Shown: piece after piece, positions 47,444 through 57,559 of the stretch | How the letters are laid out: each line of letters starts with the position of its first letter | Position numbering within the stretch: position 1 is the stretch's first letter | From: a virus | Virus record (IMG/VR): IMGVR_UViG_3300046167_000032 | Span: 16,375-80,374 of that record | Strand: one strand, 5' to 3' | DNA: 64,000 nt | Notes under the pieces: generated by a model | What the model saw: only the letters and a program-made list of their open reading frames with translations | The model's database searches: none | Told to the model about the DNA's origin: nothing | Translations under genes and position numbers: made by a program

Positions 47444-48985
47444 TTATCTCCTGTCGGCTGTCTCATACGTCAAGGCTACTGCCTGTATAGTATGACTTGC
47501 ATTTGTATTATTCGTAACATAACTTATTGAAACAGAGTTACCTGATCCAGATATATTTGTAAGTGTTTTAGGTGAGGGATTACCATCATATATACCACCT
47601 GCTCCATATATAGCTGTACCATAAATTGAAGCTGCACCCTCTGTAGTAAACTCATAGTTAGTAGGGTTGCTTGTCCCTGTGTCATCATAGTCATAAGAGA
47701 CACCAACAAAAACTTCTGTATCACCCTCTGATTTTAAGTAAGTGTTTACTTTATGTACTATCTTACGTACTTCTGGGTCTTCCATATAGTAATAGGGTGT
47801 TTGATATAAACTAAAGATAGAGTTACCACCAAAGCTATTACCTTTTTCTTGTCTATGTACTCTACCAGAACCATCTCCATGTATTACATGTTCAAATTGT
47901 CCTATGTATCCACTAGCTACACAATTTGCTTCCATACCAGTAAGCTGACTATATTCAAAAATACTTTGTTTATTCTGACTTTTACGTATACCACCTATTA
48001 AAGATAGAGAAGCATCATTCTTAAAGAAGAATCTAAACTGTGACTTCTTCCTAAGTACTACGATAGCTACATCTTCTATTTGTTCTGATAGATAATAGTT
48101 ATCGAATATAGACTGTATTTCTTTAGAAACTGTAGCGAGTTCAACATCACCAATTTTATCAGTACCAGAAACAGGACGTATACCATCAGGACCTAAGAAA
48201 AGTAAGTCACCACCAAACTCTACCACAGAATCGGGTGCAAGGCAACCCATATTTGAAGTAACATTCTCTAGTGTAAAATTAGCTACATTGTTTCCTATTA
48301 ATCTTTTTATATTATTAGCACCAAAAATATATAGTTGGTTACGAAACTTTTTTATGGCAGTTATAGTAAAACCTACATTAATAACTCCAGCACCACTACC
48401 TGCATCAAAATCATAAGCATTTACGGGTGCACTAAAGTGTAAATTGTAAGGTTCAGAAGAATCACCACACAAAAATACATGAGAACTAAACTCTTCTGAG
48501 TACTTAGGATTATTTGGAGCATTAGCATGCGTAATCTGTGTGTATGTAGTACCATCATATGTTGCCGCTGGATTAATACCATCTGTAAGTAGTAACACTT
48601 CACCTGACCAGTTAAAGCTAGTAAAGCGAATCCGAGTAACATTAGTCATACTAGGATTACCAGCTTCTGGTATGGCTACCCAAGAACTACTAGAGTTATG
48701 CCAACGATATAGATAGTCATGACCAGTTGTAGGTTTTCTACAAGCAAATATACCGTCATGTAAGTTACCGTTAACTGTAAGGCCAAGTACAGCACCTGTA
48801 CCGGGAACAGTGCCGTAGTCATTGGAATAACCACTAATACGGCGATACCCACCAGATAAGGCAGGTTCATAGTTAATCATACGTATAGCACTACCTGATA
48901 AGTTAGTCGCTTGGGTCAGGGGGTCTATGTTAGTAACCAATCCCCCAGAACAAACCGATAAGTATGTACTTAGTCTATCTGCCAT
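47444..48985 (-). CDS. Tail nozzle / DNA stabilization protein (tail tubular B-like)
   Basis: 513 aa beta-propeller-like; position after adaptor gene. Confidence 0.65.
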   Translation of the reverse strand: MADRLSTYLSVCSGGLVTNIDPLTQATNLSGSAIRMINYEPALSGGYRRISGYSNDYGTVPGTGAVLGLTVNGNLHDGIFACRKPTTGHDYLYRWHNSSSSWVAIPEAGNPSMTNVTRIRFTSFNWSGEVLLLTDGINPAATYDGTTYTQITHANAPNNPKYSEEFSSHVFLCGDSSEPYNLHFSAPVNAYDFDAGSGAGVINVGFTITAIKKFRNQLYIFGANNIKRLIGNNVANFTLENVTSNMGCLAPDSVVEFGGDLLFLGPDGIRPVSGTDKIGDVELATVSKEIQSIFDNYYLSEQIEDVAIVVLRKKSQFRFFFKNDASLSLIGGIRKSQNKQSIFEYSQLTGMEANCVASGYIGQFEHVIHGDGSGRVHRQEKGNSFGGNSIFSLYQTPYYYMEDPEVRKIVHKVNTYLKSEGDTEVFVGVSYDYDDTGTSNPTNYEFTTEGAASIYGTAIYGAGGIYDGNPSPKTLTNISGSGNSVSISYVTNNTNASHTIQAVALTYETADRR

Positions 48986-49696
48986 TTAGATAATACTTTT
49001 ATATAAAGAGTTACCTGATCTATGTATTACAGTTGAGCGTAAATAGTCTTTGCTATCTACAAGTAACCTACGCATAGACTTAATGCCTGTTCTAAATTTA
49101 GTTTCATGTAACTGTGCTGATTGTTCATTAGACCTAAAGTGCATTAGGTACATCATAGCACCATCAAGTACTACATGTTTAAATCTATCGGGAATAATAC
49201 ACACATCAGTACTTAGTACTAGATCAGCAGGTACTTTCCAGTATCTGTATTCTATAATATAAGTATTATCTGGTACAGGTGAAACACCAAACTTATCTTC
49301 TTGTGTTTTATATACTACATCAGGTTTTGTATAACCATCAGTACCAGCTACATCATCAAGACTTCTTCTATCACTTATGTATGATTCATACGAAATGCTA
49401 GGCAGTTGTGTTGGGTACGCAGATTGTGCATTAGTTAAATAAAATGTTTCCCAATCTGCTTTAGAATAGTCAGAAGGGAAGTCGTAGGTCTTTGTGCCTA
49501 CTGCAAGTGTTTGTTCGTAAGTTACTAGTGTAAAAGGCCACTCTTGCGCCTCTTGTAGTATCTCACGTATAGAGGAATTAATAGAGTCTTTAGCTAATGA
49601 CTGTACATTTTTAGTAGATGGGAAATCTTCTAAGTTTATCTCAACCTCGTTAAGACGGCGAAGTAACTCATTCACTAGATTTATATATGTCGCCAT
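48986..49696 (-). CDS. Head-tail adaptor (tail tubular A-like), start MATYIN
   Basis: LVNELLRRLNE...WPF; position after capsid gene. Confidence 0.7.
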   Translation of the reverse strand: MATYINLVNELLRRLNEVEINLEDFPSTKNVQSLAKDSINSSIREILQEAQEWPFTLVTYEQTLAVGTKTYDFPSDYSKADWETFYLTNAQSAYPTQLPSISYESYISDRRSLDDVAGTDGYTKPDVVYKTQEDKFGVSPVPDNTYIIEYRYWKVPADLVLSTDVCIIPDRFKHVVLDGAMMYLMHFRSNEQSAQLHETKFRTGIKSMRRLLVDSKDYLRSTVIHRSGNSLYKSII

Positions 49697-49722
49697 GTTA
49701 ATTCCTACTGTTACAAATATAA

Positions 49723-49744
49723 GTGGGCTAGTTTCCCAGCCCAC
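49723..49744 (-). terminator. Stem-loop terminator/attenuator after capsid gene
   Basis: GTGGGCTGG-GAAA-CTAGCCCAC followed by TTATATTT. Confidence 0.65.
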
Positions 49745-49759
49745 CTACAATATTTTATA

Positions 49760-50830
49760 TTATGCTAAGTTATATTTAGCAGTAACAAGAGCTTCTGGAC
49801 GAAGAATCTTGCGGCCATATAGATGCATGCCGCGCACGATGTCAGCGAATGAATCTGGATCACGGTATGATTCAGTTTTGTTGATCTGCTCTGCAGTTGC
49901 AACAGCCGAATCGTGACCAGCACAGATAACACCGTAGTTAGTGTTCTGGTTAGCCGCACCTGTTGTAGATGCACCAGTACCTACTGATGGTAAGTTGTTT
50001 GAAACGTATACACGGAAACCGTGGAAGTTGTTCAAGACTAGACCATTCTTTAGGCCATCACCACCGAAGTCAGCATTTAATAGACGTGAATCTTCATCAC
50101 GTAAGACTTCCATCATGACCGGGTCAATTACGATCCAACGACCTTGTGTGTCTACGTTTTGAACGTCTAGTAAACGACTCATACGTGCCACCAACATAGC
50201 TGGTGAAACAGTAGCTGTTGGTAATGCAGTAGCTCCCGGCAGACGTGCTGCAACTGGAATCGAATGATCACCAGCAGAAGTTGTTGTAATGTTACCAAAT
50301 GAACCTTTGATAAGCTTGTTCGCTGCAAGCAGTTCGTCTGAACCAGCTGCTGAGTTAGCTTTAGTACCATTTACTACATTGTTTACTGCACTAGCATTTG
50401 CATGTAACGCAGCCTGTTTGTAACCAGATAAGTAACCAAGAACATCTTGGTCATACTGATCAGCCAAACGATATGCCGCACGATCCGAAGCCAAGCTTTG
50501 GAAGTTTACATGTGAGTGTGCTTCTTCGATGTCATCAACTTTAAATGCAAAGTAGTTTGCTTTGTCGATTGTTAATGAAAAATCATTATCGGATAAATCC
50601 TGAGTTGAGATAGTAGTACCACGTAGATATGCAGTTACTGAAATCTCAGGCTCTTTTATGATTTTTACTGAGTCGCCCATTTGAGCGATTTCTCCGAAAT
50701 AGTCAGAGTTAGTGATAGCTTCACAGATAGCAGATTTGCGAAATGCAAGTTGCACCTGTTTGCTGTAAATAACGGGCGAGAAGTTACCGTTTGGTAAGTT
50801 TGTATAGCCCGAAGCCTTTCCAAATGCCAT
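49760..50830 (-). CDS. Major capsid protein
   Basis: 356 aa after scaffold; YFGEIAQMGDSVKI, AFKVDDIE, FADIVRGMHLYG; AAAGGAG SD. Confidence 0.92.
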   Translation of the reverse strand: MAFGKASGYTNLPNGNFSPVIYSKQVQLAFRKSAICEAITNSDYFGEIAQMGDSVKIIKEPEISVTAYLRGTTISTQDLSDNDFSLTIDKANYFAFKVDDIEEAHSHVNFQSLASDRAAYRLADQYDQDVLGYLSGYKQAALHANASAVNNVVNGTKANSAAGSDELLAANKLIKGSFGNITTTSAGDHSIPVAARLPGATALPTATVSPAMLVARMSRLLDVQNVDTQGRWIVIDPVMMEVLRDEDSRLLNADFGGDGLKNGLVLNNFHGFRVYVSNNLPSVGTGASTTGAANQNTNYGVICAGHDSAVATAEQINKTESYRDPDSFADIVRGMHLYGRKILRPEALVTAKYNLA

Positions 50831-51040
50831 TTTAATTCTCCTTTAGCATTAGATTACAGATGCAAACGACTATTCACTTATATAGAGGCTAAGTACTTGT
50901 AGGGTGCGTTATTATGAAAGTTGGCCTACCTTCAGTATAACGGGCCATAAGACATTAGGTTGTCAAGAAGTATTTTGTTGTTTGCGTGGGTTTAGTCGTA
51001 GTGTGAGTAACCTGTGTCTTAGGGGTCACACTACTACATT
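50831..51040 (-). promoter_or_regulatory. Structured 5' leader of capsid gene
   Basis: Stem 50998-51006/51026-51034 whose loop is complementary to 50945-50961; second hairpin ~50908-50942. Confidence 0.55.
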
Positions 51041-51049
51041 GTACATATA

Positions 51050-51077
51050 GTTATATCATAAATATATTATATGTCAA
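51050..51077 (-). promoter_or_regulatory. Sigma70 promoter TTGACA-N16-TATAAC for capsid operon
   Basis: Direct reading; TGATATAACTA context. Confidence 0.7.
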
Positions 51078-51082
51078 TAGCT

Positions 51083-51955
51083 TTATCGAGCATTGCCCGA
51101 CATATCGTAAATAAATTTACCAGTACGAATGGCTTCCATAATAGCGTCAGAAGCTTTTTCATACTGTTGTGCTGTCATCTTATTCACTTGTGATTCTTTA
51201 AATACATTCTTAGAATCATCTGAATCAGGTGTAGCATTACTACGACTGTTTACTGAACGTGCAGCATCTTTGTTGTTGCTTGCAGGTTTTTGTTTCTTAA
51301 TACCCATATCAGCTTTGTACAAATCAATTGCACGTGAAGCTGATCGTGAATCATCAGCATTCTCATATAATGCGTCTTGTACCCACTTGGGTTGTTCATC
51401 TACCCAATCATGGAACGCATCATCATCTCTGATTTCACCAAAGTCAGGATGTGCAGTCATTAATTCTACTTCAGCTTTCTTGCGTGTTGCATCAGCTTTC
51501 ATTTCATCAATTTCTTTTACACGTTCTTCTAATCCAGCGGCTTGTTCTCTTGCTTTTTTAATAGCAATAGTTTCTACTATAGCCGCTACATCTGGGTATT
51601 CTGTTGCCCAAGCTTCAATGTCATCATCTGACTTAGGTAACTTAATCTCTTGTCTAGTGGAGTCTTCAAGTTGACGTTGTAACGTTTTAAACTTGTCATC
51701 CCAATCTTTTTCTTTGTCTTGCATATGTCGTCTAAGATCACCGTAGCGTTTCTTAAAACTTTTTTCTTCAGCATTAATAGGTTCAGCTTCAGCTACTTCC
51801 TCTGTAGCTTCTGTTGTTTCACCTTTTTGTTCAGCAATAAGTTGTTCGAGTTCTTCCTCTTCCATCTTACGCTTATCTTCATTAGAGTATTTACGATTTG
51901 CAAATGCAACTTTAGTTTCTGGCTTTACTTCTTCTGCCATTATTTTATCATTCAT
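51083..51955 (-). CDS. Capsid scaffolding protein
   Basis: Acidic coiled coil, FKKRYGDLRRH, HPDF; directly upstream of capsid gene. Confidence 0.8.
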   Translation of the reverse strand: MNDKIMAEEVKPETKVAFANRKYSNEDKRKMEEEELEQLIAEQKGETTEATEEVAEAEPINAEEKSFKKRYGDLRRHMQDKEKDWDDKFKTLQRQLEDSTRQEIKLPKSDDDIEAWATEYPDVAAIVETIAIKKAREQAAGLEERVKEIDEMKADATRKKAEVELMTAHPDFGEIRDDDAFHDWVDEQPKWVQDALYENADDSRSASRAIDLYKADMGIKKQKPASNNKDAARSVNSRSNATPDSDDSKNVFKESQVNKMTAQQYEKASDAIMEAIRTGKFIYDMSGNAR

Positions 51956-52034
51956 GTTTCAGTCTTTCATACTGGGGCCGCCGTAGCCTAGTGTTGGTAG
52001 GGGGATGGGTAGCCAGTTCAAATTTAGCAGTGTT

Positions 52035-52244
52035 TTAAATAACGGGTGCTGCTAATCCACGCCTTACAGGTGCAGTAGGTTCGATAACATCTGGTGTACC
52101 TAAGTCCAACAGTTCTGTTCCTAATACACTTATTAAAATTTCTCCTATGGGACTTCTCAACAAGTCAGCCAATTGTTCTCGTTCTTCATCTAGTAGTGCA
52201 TCAAATCTACTTGATACTTCATTTTTATATTCTTCAAAATCCAT
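52035..52244 (-). CDS. Hypothetical protein
   Basis: 69 aa; ends RRGLAAPVI. Confidence 0.65.
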   Translation of the reverse strand: MDFEEYKNEVSSRFDALLDEEREQLADLLRSPIGEILISVLGTELLDLGTPDVIEPTAPVRRGLAAPVI

Positions 52245-52266
52245 TATATTTATACCTTTTACATAG

Positions 52267-55245
52267 CTATTTTTTATTTGGTTTTTTTACTAACCCACCT
52301 GTGGCTCTACCACCAGTAGCTAATTTTTTACCTAATTTTTTAGCTGCCTTAGAAGCGGATGCTTTTGCCTGAGCTTGAGTTCTGTTTTTGCTAGGTTTTG
52401 ATTGATTCTTAACAACATTACCACCAGACCAAGTAGTAGGCCTACTATCACGCTGTGCTATTCTTGCAGCATTAGCGGCGGCTTCTTGCTCTTGTCTACG
52501 TTTAGCTTCAGCTAGTGCTCTAGCATCTGCGGCTTTTTTATCAGCAACAGCCTTTCTAGTTTTTTCTATTCTAGCTTGTTTATCCTGTTCAGCTTTTATC
52601 TTTTTCTTTTCAGCCGCTGTTGGGAACTTACGAGTTAATACATTAGTACCCGGTTGATTATACCATACAGCACCTTTCATATTAGGATCACCACCACTAG
52701 CATCTTTACCTATCTTAGCTTTAGCAGTTGCGGATAGTTCATTTTTTCTAGCTGCGGTAACTGTAGAAACCCTATCAGTACTAGCAACACTAATCGTATT
52801 TTTATCATAAGTACCTACATTACGTTGTTTAAAGTTTCGACCATTCTTTATCATTTCACCCAATGTAGGTCTATGATATTCACCTTGCTCATCTACAAAT
52901 ACATTTCTGCCATTATCTGCTCTAATAGCAAAGCCTTGATCATCAGCAAGTATACCTGTAGAACTACCATCTGAAACAGCACCTACTGCATAATTATCAA
53001 CTGTAGTGCCACCTGTAACTTTATATCTTTCACTTAACTCATATGCTTGATCTAAATTTACATCGGGTAAGTTTTCCCATGCAGTTGCTTGGTTAGATTG
53101 ACCAGCTTTATATGTTTGTTTAGGTTTGCTTACTTTAACACCCAATCCAGTTTTTTCAACTGTCTCTGGTTCTGTTTTTGTAATATCTAACTTAGCAGTC
53201 TCTGCAATATCTAAAGGCATCTCAGAGACTAAAGGTCCTACAACTTGGTCAGGTCTACTTGTTTGTGCTAAGTCTAAAGCATCTGGTCTTGTACTTGTAA
53301 ATACTCCAGTAGTACCTGTTTCGCTTGGATCACCGCTTGCATTAGTTGGTTTAGGTGGTGTTATACCAGAAACACTAGGCGGTGTATATGAAGGAAATGC
53401 ACTAGTAGTTTGCTGTGCTACAGTTTGGGGTGTAGCAGAGGGTATTGCTAAATCAGGATCACCAGCATCAATCAAATAAGGAGATGCAATGGCTCTTTTA
53501 CCCAGAGCAGTTGAAGTATCGTATACTGGTTTTGTTCCTATAGCACTTTGTACTGAAGGTGCTACATATGGTTCTATCTGGGGGTCAGCACTACTACCCC
53601 GTAACATTGCATCCGTTTGAGATAATGCCGTATTTCTTTGGTTTGCCACAGACTTCATAAAGGGTAGTGTACCAGAAGGTGTTGAATAATCTATAGCAGG
53701 TGTAGTGATTAAAGGATCAGCACGTTGTACTAAAGGTGCTACATATGGTTGTAGCATTGGATCAGCACTAGTTCCTGTAGGAGAAAATCCCATAGAAGAT
53801 GGTGGTGTATACGTAGAAGTATCTACAGGAGTAGTAGCTGTTTCACTCGGATCACCGCTTGCATTTGTAAATACTCCAGTAGTACCTGTTTCACTAGGAT
53901 CACCACTTGCGTTTGTGGGTCTAACAAACCGATTACTTTCTGTACTAGCTAATGTATATTGATCAGGTGTGACTACACCAGTAGTACCTGTTTCACTAGG
54001 ATCACCGCTTGCGTTTGTAGGTAATACAGCTTTTGTTAAAAACGTACCTGTGTCTTGTGGTAAAAGTTTTATAGGTGTTGGGTCTACGTTAACACCAGTT
54101 TCTACAGCAACCTTTTTAACTTCTGCTACTTCTTCTGGTAATTTACCTAAAGCACCTGCTACTGCATCAATAACACCACCAAAAACATCACCTAACACAG
54201 TATTAACTAAACCACCAGCGTGTTCATTTATACCCTCAGTTCTAGCTTTAAGTGCTGCAATTTGTTCTGCATTTAATGTACCAGAGTTTAAAAGTTTAGT
54301 AGCACCTAGTAATGCTTTTTTATCTTGGTGTGCCATAGCTGCCATAGGAAATATAGCAAGTGGCCCCATGAATAAAGTAGCCGCTTTTGCAAAAGTTCTT
54401 CCAACACCAACTAAAGTAGATGACTTATCCATATATTCTTCATAGCTTAGATTATCCCAATCAATAGCTTCTGGTGGTGGAAGTGCAACATTAGTACGAT
54501 CATCGTTGTCTCTGCGTACTTCTTGTGTGGCGGCATTAGCATCAGCAACTATACTATCAGCAGGTGTAGTACCAGAGCCAACAGGTGCATCAGTACCCGT
54601 ATATAAACTATACCCATCTGGAATAGGGAAAGCAGCTTTACCACCTATAAATGGTATTAATATATTATTACCAGCAGCATTACGATATTCTTTATATTCA
54701 ATAGCGGCATCACCCATAAGTTTTTTAAAGTCTACTGTAGTACGTACAGGTTGTGTAATTTCTGGTGTAAGTCTACGTGTACTAGTGCCTAATGGTACAA
54801 CAGGTTGATTTGCTACAGCTGCAACAGGATCAGGAGTACGCATAACACTTGTAGTACCTGTAGCTAAACCACCAACAGCCATATTAATTTCACCATCATT
54901 ATCATCGGCAGGTGAACCTGCTACAATAATTAAATCATCCATACCAAATGGTAAGTCATCATCCATAGTAGCTTCATCACTGTTGCCCATCTGACCCATA
55001 GCTTCCATTTTCTTTAAACCCATTTTAGCTTGTTGTCGTAATTGCATAAGCTTATCTAAACCAATATATCTTGTAACATCCTCTGAAAATATAAACTCAC
55101 CGTTGCTTACGTTAGCTTCGATATCATCACGAACACCTTCACGAGTTCCACCTACAGGAACTTCATTACCAGATTCTTCGTCAATCATACCGCCCTCATC
55201 TTTTAAGCCACCACGTGCGAATAGTTCCATTTGTTTTTCCATCAT
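52267..55245 (-). CDS. 992-aa low-complexity virion-region protein with internal repeats
   Basis: RDDIEANVSNGEFIF N-domain; TNASGDPSET repeats; Lys-rich tail ending GGLVKKPNKK. Confidence 0.8.
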   Translation of the reverse strand: MMEKQMELFARGGLKDEGGMIDEESGNEVPVGGTREGVRDDIEANVSNGEFIFSEDVTRYIGLDKLMQLRQQAKMGLKKMEAMGQMGNSDEATMDDDLPFGMDDLIIVAGSPADDNDGEINMAVGGLATGTTSVMRTPDPVAAVANQPVVPLGTSTRRLTPEITQPVRTTVDFKKLMGDAAIEYKEYRNAAGNNILIPFIGGKAAFPIPDGYSLYTGTDAPVGSGTTPADSIVADANAATQEVRRDNDDRTNVALPPPEAIDWDNLSYEEYMDKSSTLVGVGRTFAKAATLFMGPLAIFPMAAMAHQDKKALLGATKLLNSGTLNAEQIAALKARTEGINEHAGGLVNTVLGDVFGGVIDAVAGALGKLPEEVAEVKKVAVETGVNVDPTPIKLLPQDTGTFLTKAVLPTNASGDPSETGTTGVVTPDQYTLASTESNRFVRPTNASGDPSETGTTGVFTNASGDPSETATTPVDTSTYTPPSSMGFSPTGTSADPMLQPYVAPLVQRADPLITTPAIDYSTPSGTLPFMKSVANQRNTALSQTDAMLRGSSADPQIEPYVAPSVQSAIGTKPVYDTSTALGKRAIASPYLIDAGDPDLAIPSATPQTVAQQTTSAFPSYTPPSVSGITPPKPTNASGDPSETGTTGVFTSTRPDALDLAQTSRPDQVVGPLVSEMPLDIAETAKLDITKTEPETVEKTGLGVKVSKPKQTYKAGQSNQATAWENLPDVNLDQAYELSERYKVTGGTTVDNYAVGAVSDGSSTGILADDQGFAIRADNGRNVFVDEQGEYHRPTLGEMIKNGRNFKQRNVGTYDKNTISVASTDRVSTVTAARKNELSATAKAKIGKDASGGDPNMKGAVWYNQPGTNVLTRKFPTAAEKKKIKAEQDKQARIEKTRKAVADKKAADARALAEAKRRQEQEAAANAARIAQRDSRPTTWSGGNVVKNQSKPSKNRTQAQAKASASKAAKKLGKKLATGGRATGGLVKKPNKK
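53297..54021 (-). repeat. Four copies of a ~45-bp coding repeat (TNASGDPSETxTT)
   Basis: Copies near 53.3, 53.83, 53.87 and 53.98 kb. Confidence 0.9.
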
Positions 55246-55256
55246 GGGATGTTTCC

Positions 55257-55475
55257 TTATTTGTGTTTTAATACTTCGTCACGTAACAATTTTATTCTAC
55301 GTAATTGAAAGATCGCACCTTGTGCTCGGTATATGATCTTATCATTGTCAGCTTGTTCCATAGTTCTGTGCTGTTGAGCTATTAGAGAATCTATATAACT
55401 ATTGAACTGTTCCCATTGCTGGTGGTTGCTGACCATTGCCTTGAGCTTGCTCAGGTGCTCCTTGTCCTTCTGCAT
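55257..55475 (-). CDS. Small hypothetical protein (copy 2)
   Basis: Identical protein to 167..385. Confidence 0.75.
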   Translation of the reverse strand: MQKDKEHLSKLKAMVSNHQQWEQFNSYIDSLIAQQHRTMEQADNDKIIYRAQGAIFQLRRIKLLRDEVLKHK

Positions 55476-57549
55476 TTCCGCTAAATCCTTGTTCTTGTGG
55501 TAGAGGTGCTTGTCCTGTACCTATGTTTCCTCCACCTGCGCCTGTAGGGTCTGCTGGGTTAGCACCTGCTGGTGCACCCTGTTGATCTGTTGGCTGTTGT
55601 GGTTGTTGAAAACCTTTCATGAGTTCAGCTTGAATAGCCGCCTCATCCATATTGTTAGTAACCTTGTCTGGGTCTAACTCAAGAGACTTTGCAATCTCCC
55701 GTATAATATACTGAAATTTTGCAAAAGGTGCAAGGGCTGGACTAGAAGAAATTTGCATAAACTGCATTAATCTTTGGCTACGTACTTCGTTAGCCATTAA
55801 GCTTTCTGTACCACGAGCCTTAACCTCTAAGTCACCTTTGATCTTAGGATCATAATCAAACTGCATATTGAATCTAAATAAGTTCTCACCTAGTGGACGC
55901 AATAGGTAGTCATCAATATTCTTAATAACATTCTTAATGCCACCTTGTGCAGCACCCATTAACATACTAATACCAGAAGCAGTACGACCTACACCTGACA
56001 CACCTGTCTGACCATGTGCGAAAGATGGAAATCCTGTAGACTCATCTGCAAGGACACGTGCCTTGTCAAAGAGTTGCAAGTTCTCCTGAGCAACATTAGG
56101 AAACTTAGTTCCAAAAATGCTTTGTCCGGGTGCACCACCTTGGCGGCGAAAGACTTTGCCGGGATACACGGACATATCCTGTCCCGGTACTAAGTTAGTT
56201 TCGTCTACCTCTATCAACAAGTTTCCTGATAGTACAGCATTGTCTACAGCCATACGCATGAAACCATTCATTAGTGTTTGTGTATCATCCATATTCTCAG
56301 CTATACCTACACCAAAGAAGCTGTAAGGATTAAGCTCATATGGAACAGCCATGTAAGGAATGCGTGCAGGTTTAAACGGATTCATAACCATGCGTAGTAG
56401 TTTACCATTACAAATCCATACATTAGCTTGTAACTCATCTACATTAGATAATTCATCTGGTATATCTACACCTTGCTCTATCAGCATTTCGACATCTACC
56501 ATGCCCCAATACTCTAGTACTTCAAAGCGTTCAATACCATGCTCAGGTGCATAATCAGATAAATCATCTTCCCAATGTTCTTTACTATAGTTTTCACCTA
56601 GTGAGATAGCTTCATCAATTACAGATGAACGGAAGTGTGGTCTACGTTTAAGTGAACGTAACTGTGTCCTTGACATCTTATGACGTTCAATAACAAACTG
56701 TGCTTCATCCATATTAGTAGCATCAGGATCGGGATAAAAGTTCCATACTGATACGTGAGATACTTGTGGGATTGTTTTCATTACTGGTGAATACTCACCA
56801 TCTTCATCCCAGTTAGGGTATTCTTTATCTACTGCGAATGGTCCTTTCATTACGCCAGTACCAAACAATGCCATCTCAAATGCTGTACTACGTAAATGTT
56901 TACTAGCACTAGACTCTTCTAACTGATCATGTATTTTCTTTTGCATCATCTTAGCCGCTATCATAGCAGGGCTAAATGTAACAGATGTAGGAGTTTTACC
57001 TACACCCTCACGGACATTATCAATCTCACCTAGTTTATCTTTGAGTGGTCCGATACTATCAAGTAATGTTTTAGCAGTAGCACCTGCAGGTAAGTCTTTA
57101 CCATCACCAGCAAAACCATATGGGTTTACTTCTTCATTTAGTTCTGACTCACGTAATTGCTCAGGTTCTTTAGGATCGAAGTGTACATCAGATACTACAC
57201 CTTCTGGTAGTTCAGTAGGATCAACTGTTAACGGAAACTTCTGCCCAGCAAATAGTACATCTACTATCTGACCATAAGCAGCAAGTGTCTTAGTTTTAGT
57301 TACTTTAATAAATACTCTTGACTTCTCAGCCTCAGTAAACTGTACATCAGGACTATATAAACCACGATAGTTACGATATGCTTGTAACCAACGTTGCTCA
57401 TCTTGTTGTCTGTAGTCATCAGCACGATTGTACTTCTCCATAATAAATGGAATTATCTTTGCTGTATCTGCATCATCAACCGTAGAGTCATCAGTATCCT
57501 CTAGGATAATTGCATCATCTTCGATAAAGCCTTCGTTTTCTTCTGCCAT
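55399..57549 (-). CDS. Portal protein (copy 2)
   Basis: Same protein as 309..2459. Confidence 0.9.
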   Translation of the reverse strand: MAEENEGFIEDDAIILEDTDDSTVDDADTAKIIPFIMEKYNRADDYRQQDEQRWLQAYRNYRGLYSPDVQFTEAEKSRVFIKVTKTKTLAAYGQIVDVLFAGQKFPLTVDPTELPEGVVSDVHFDPKEPEQLRESELNEEVNPYGFAGDGKDLPAGATAKTLLDSIGPLKDKLGEIDNVREGVGKTPTSVTFSPAMIAAKMMQKKIHDQLEESSASKHLRSTAFEMALFGTGVMKGPFAVDKEYPNWDEDGEYSPVMKTIPQVSHVSVWNFYPDPDATNMDEAQFVIERHKMSRTQLRSLKRRPHFRSSVIDEAISLGENYSKEHWEDDLSDYAPEHGIERFEVLEYWGMVDVEMLIEQGVDIPDELSNVDELQANVWICNGKLLRMVMNPFKPARIPYMAVPYELNPYSFFGVGIAENMDDTQTLMNGFMRMAVDNAVLSGNLLIEVDETNLVPGQDMSVYPGKVFRRQGGAPGQSIFGTKFPNVAQENLQLFDKARVLADESTGFPSFAHGQTGVSGVGRTASGISMLMGAAQGGIKNVIKNIDDYLLRPLGENLFRFNMQFDYDPKIKGDLEVKARGTESLMANEVRSQRLMQFMQISSSPALAPFAKFQYIIREIAKSLELDPDKVTNNMDEAAIQAELMKGFQQPQQPTDQQGAPAGANPADPTGAGGGNIGTGQAPLPQEQGFSGNAEGQGAPEQAQGNGQQPPAMGTVQ

Positions 57550-57559
57550 TTATTTGTCC

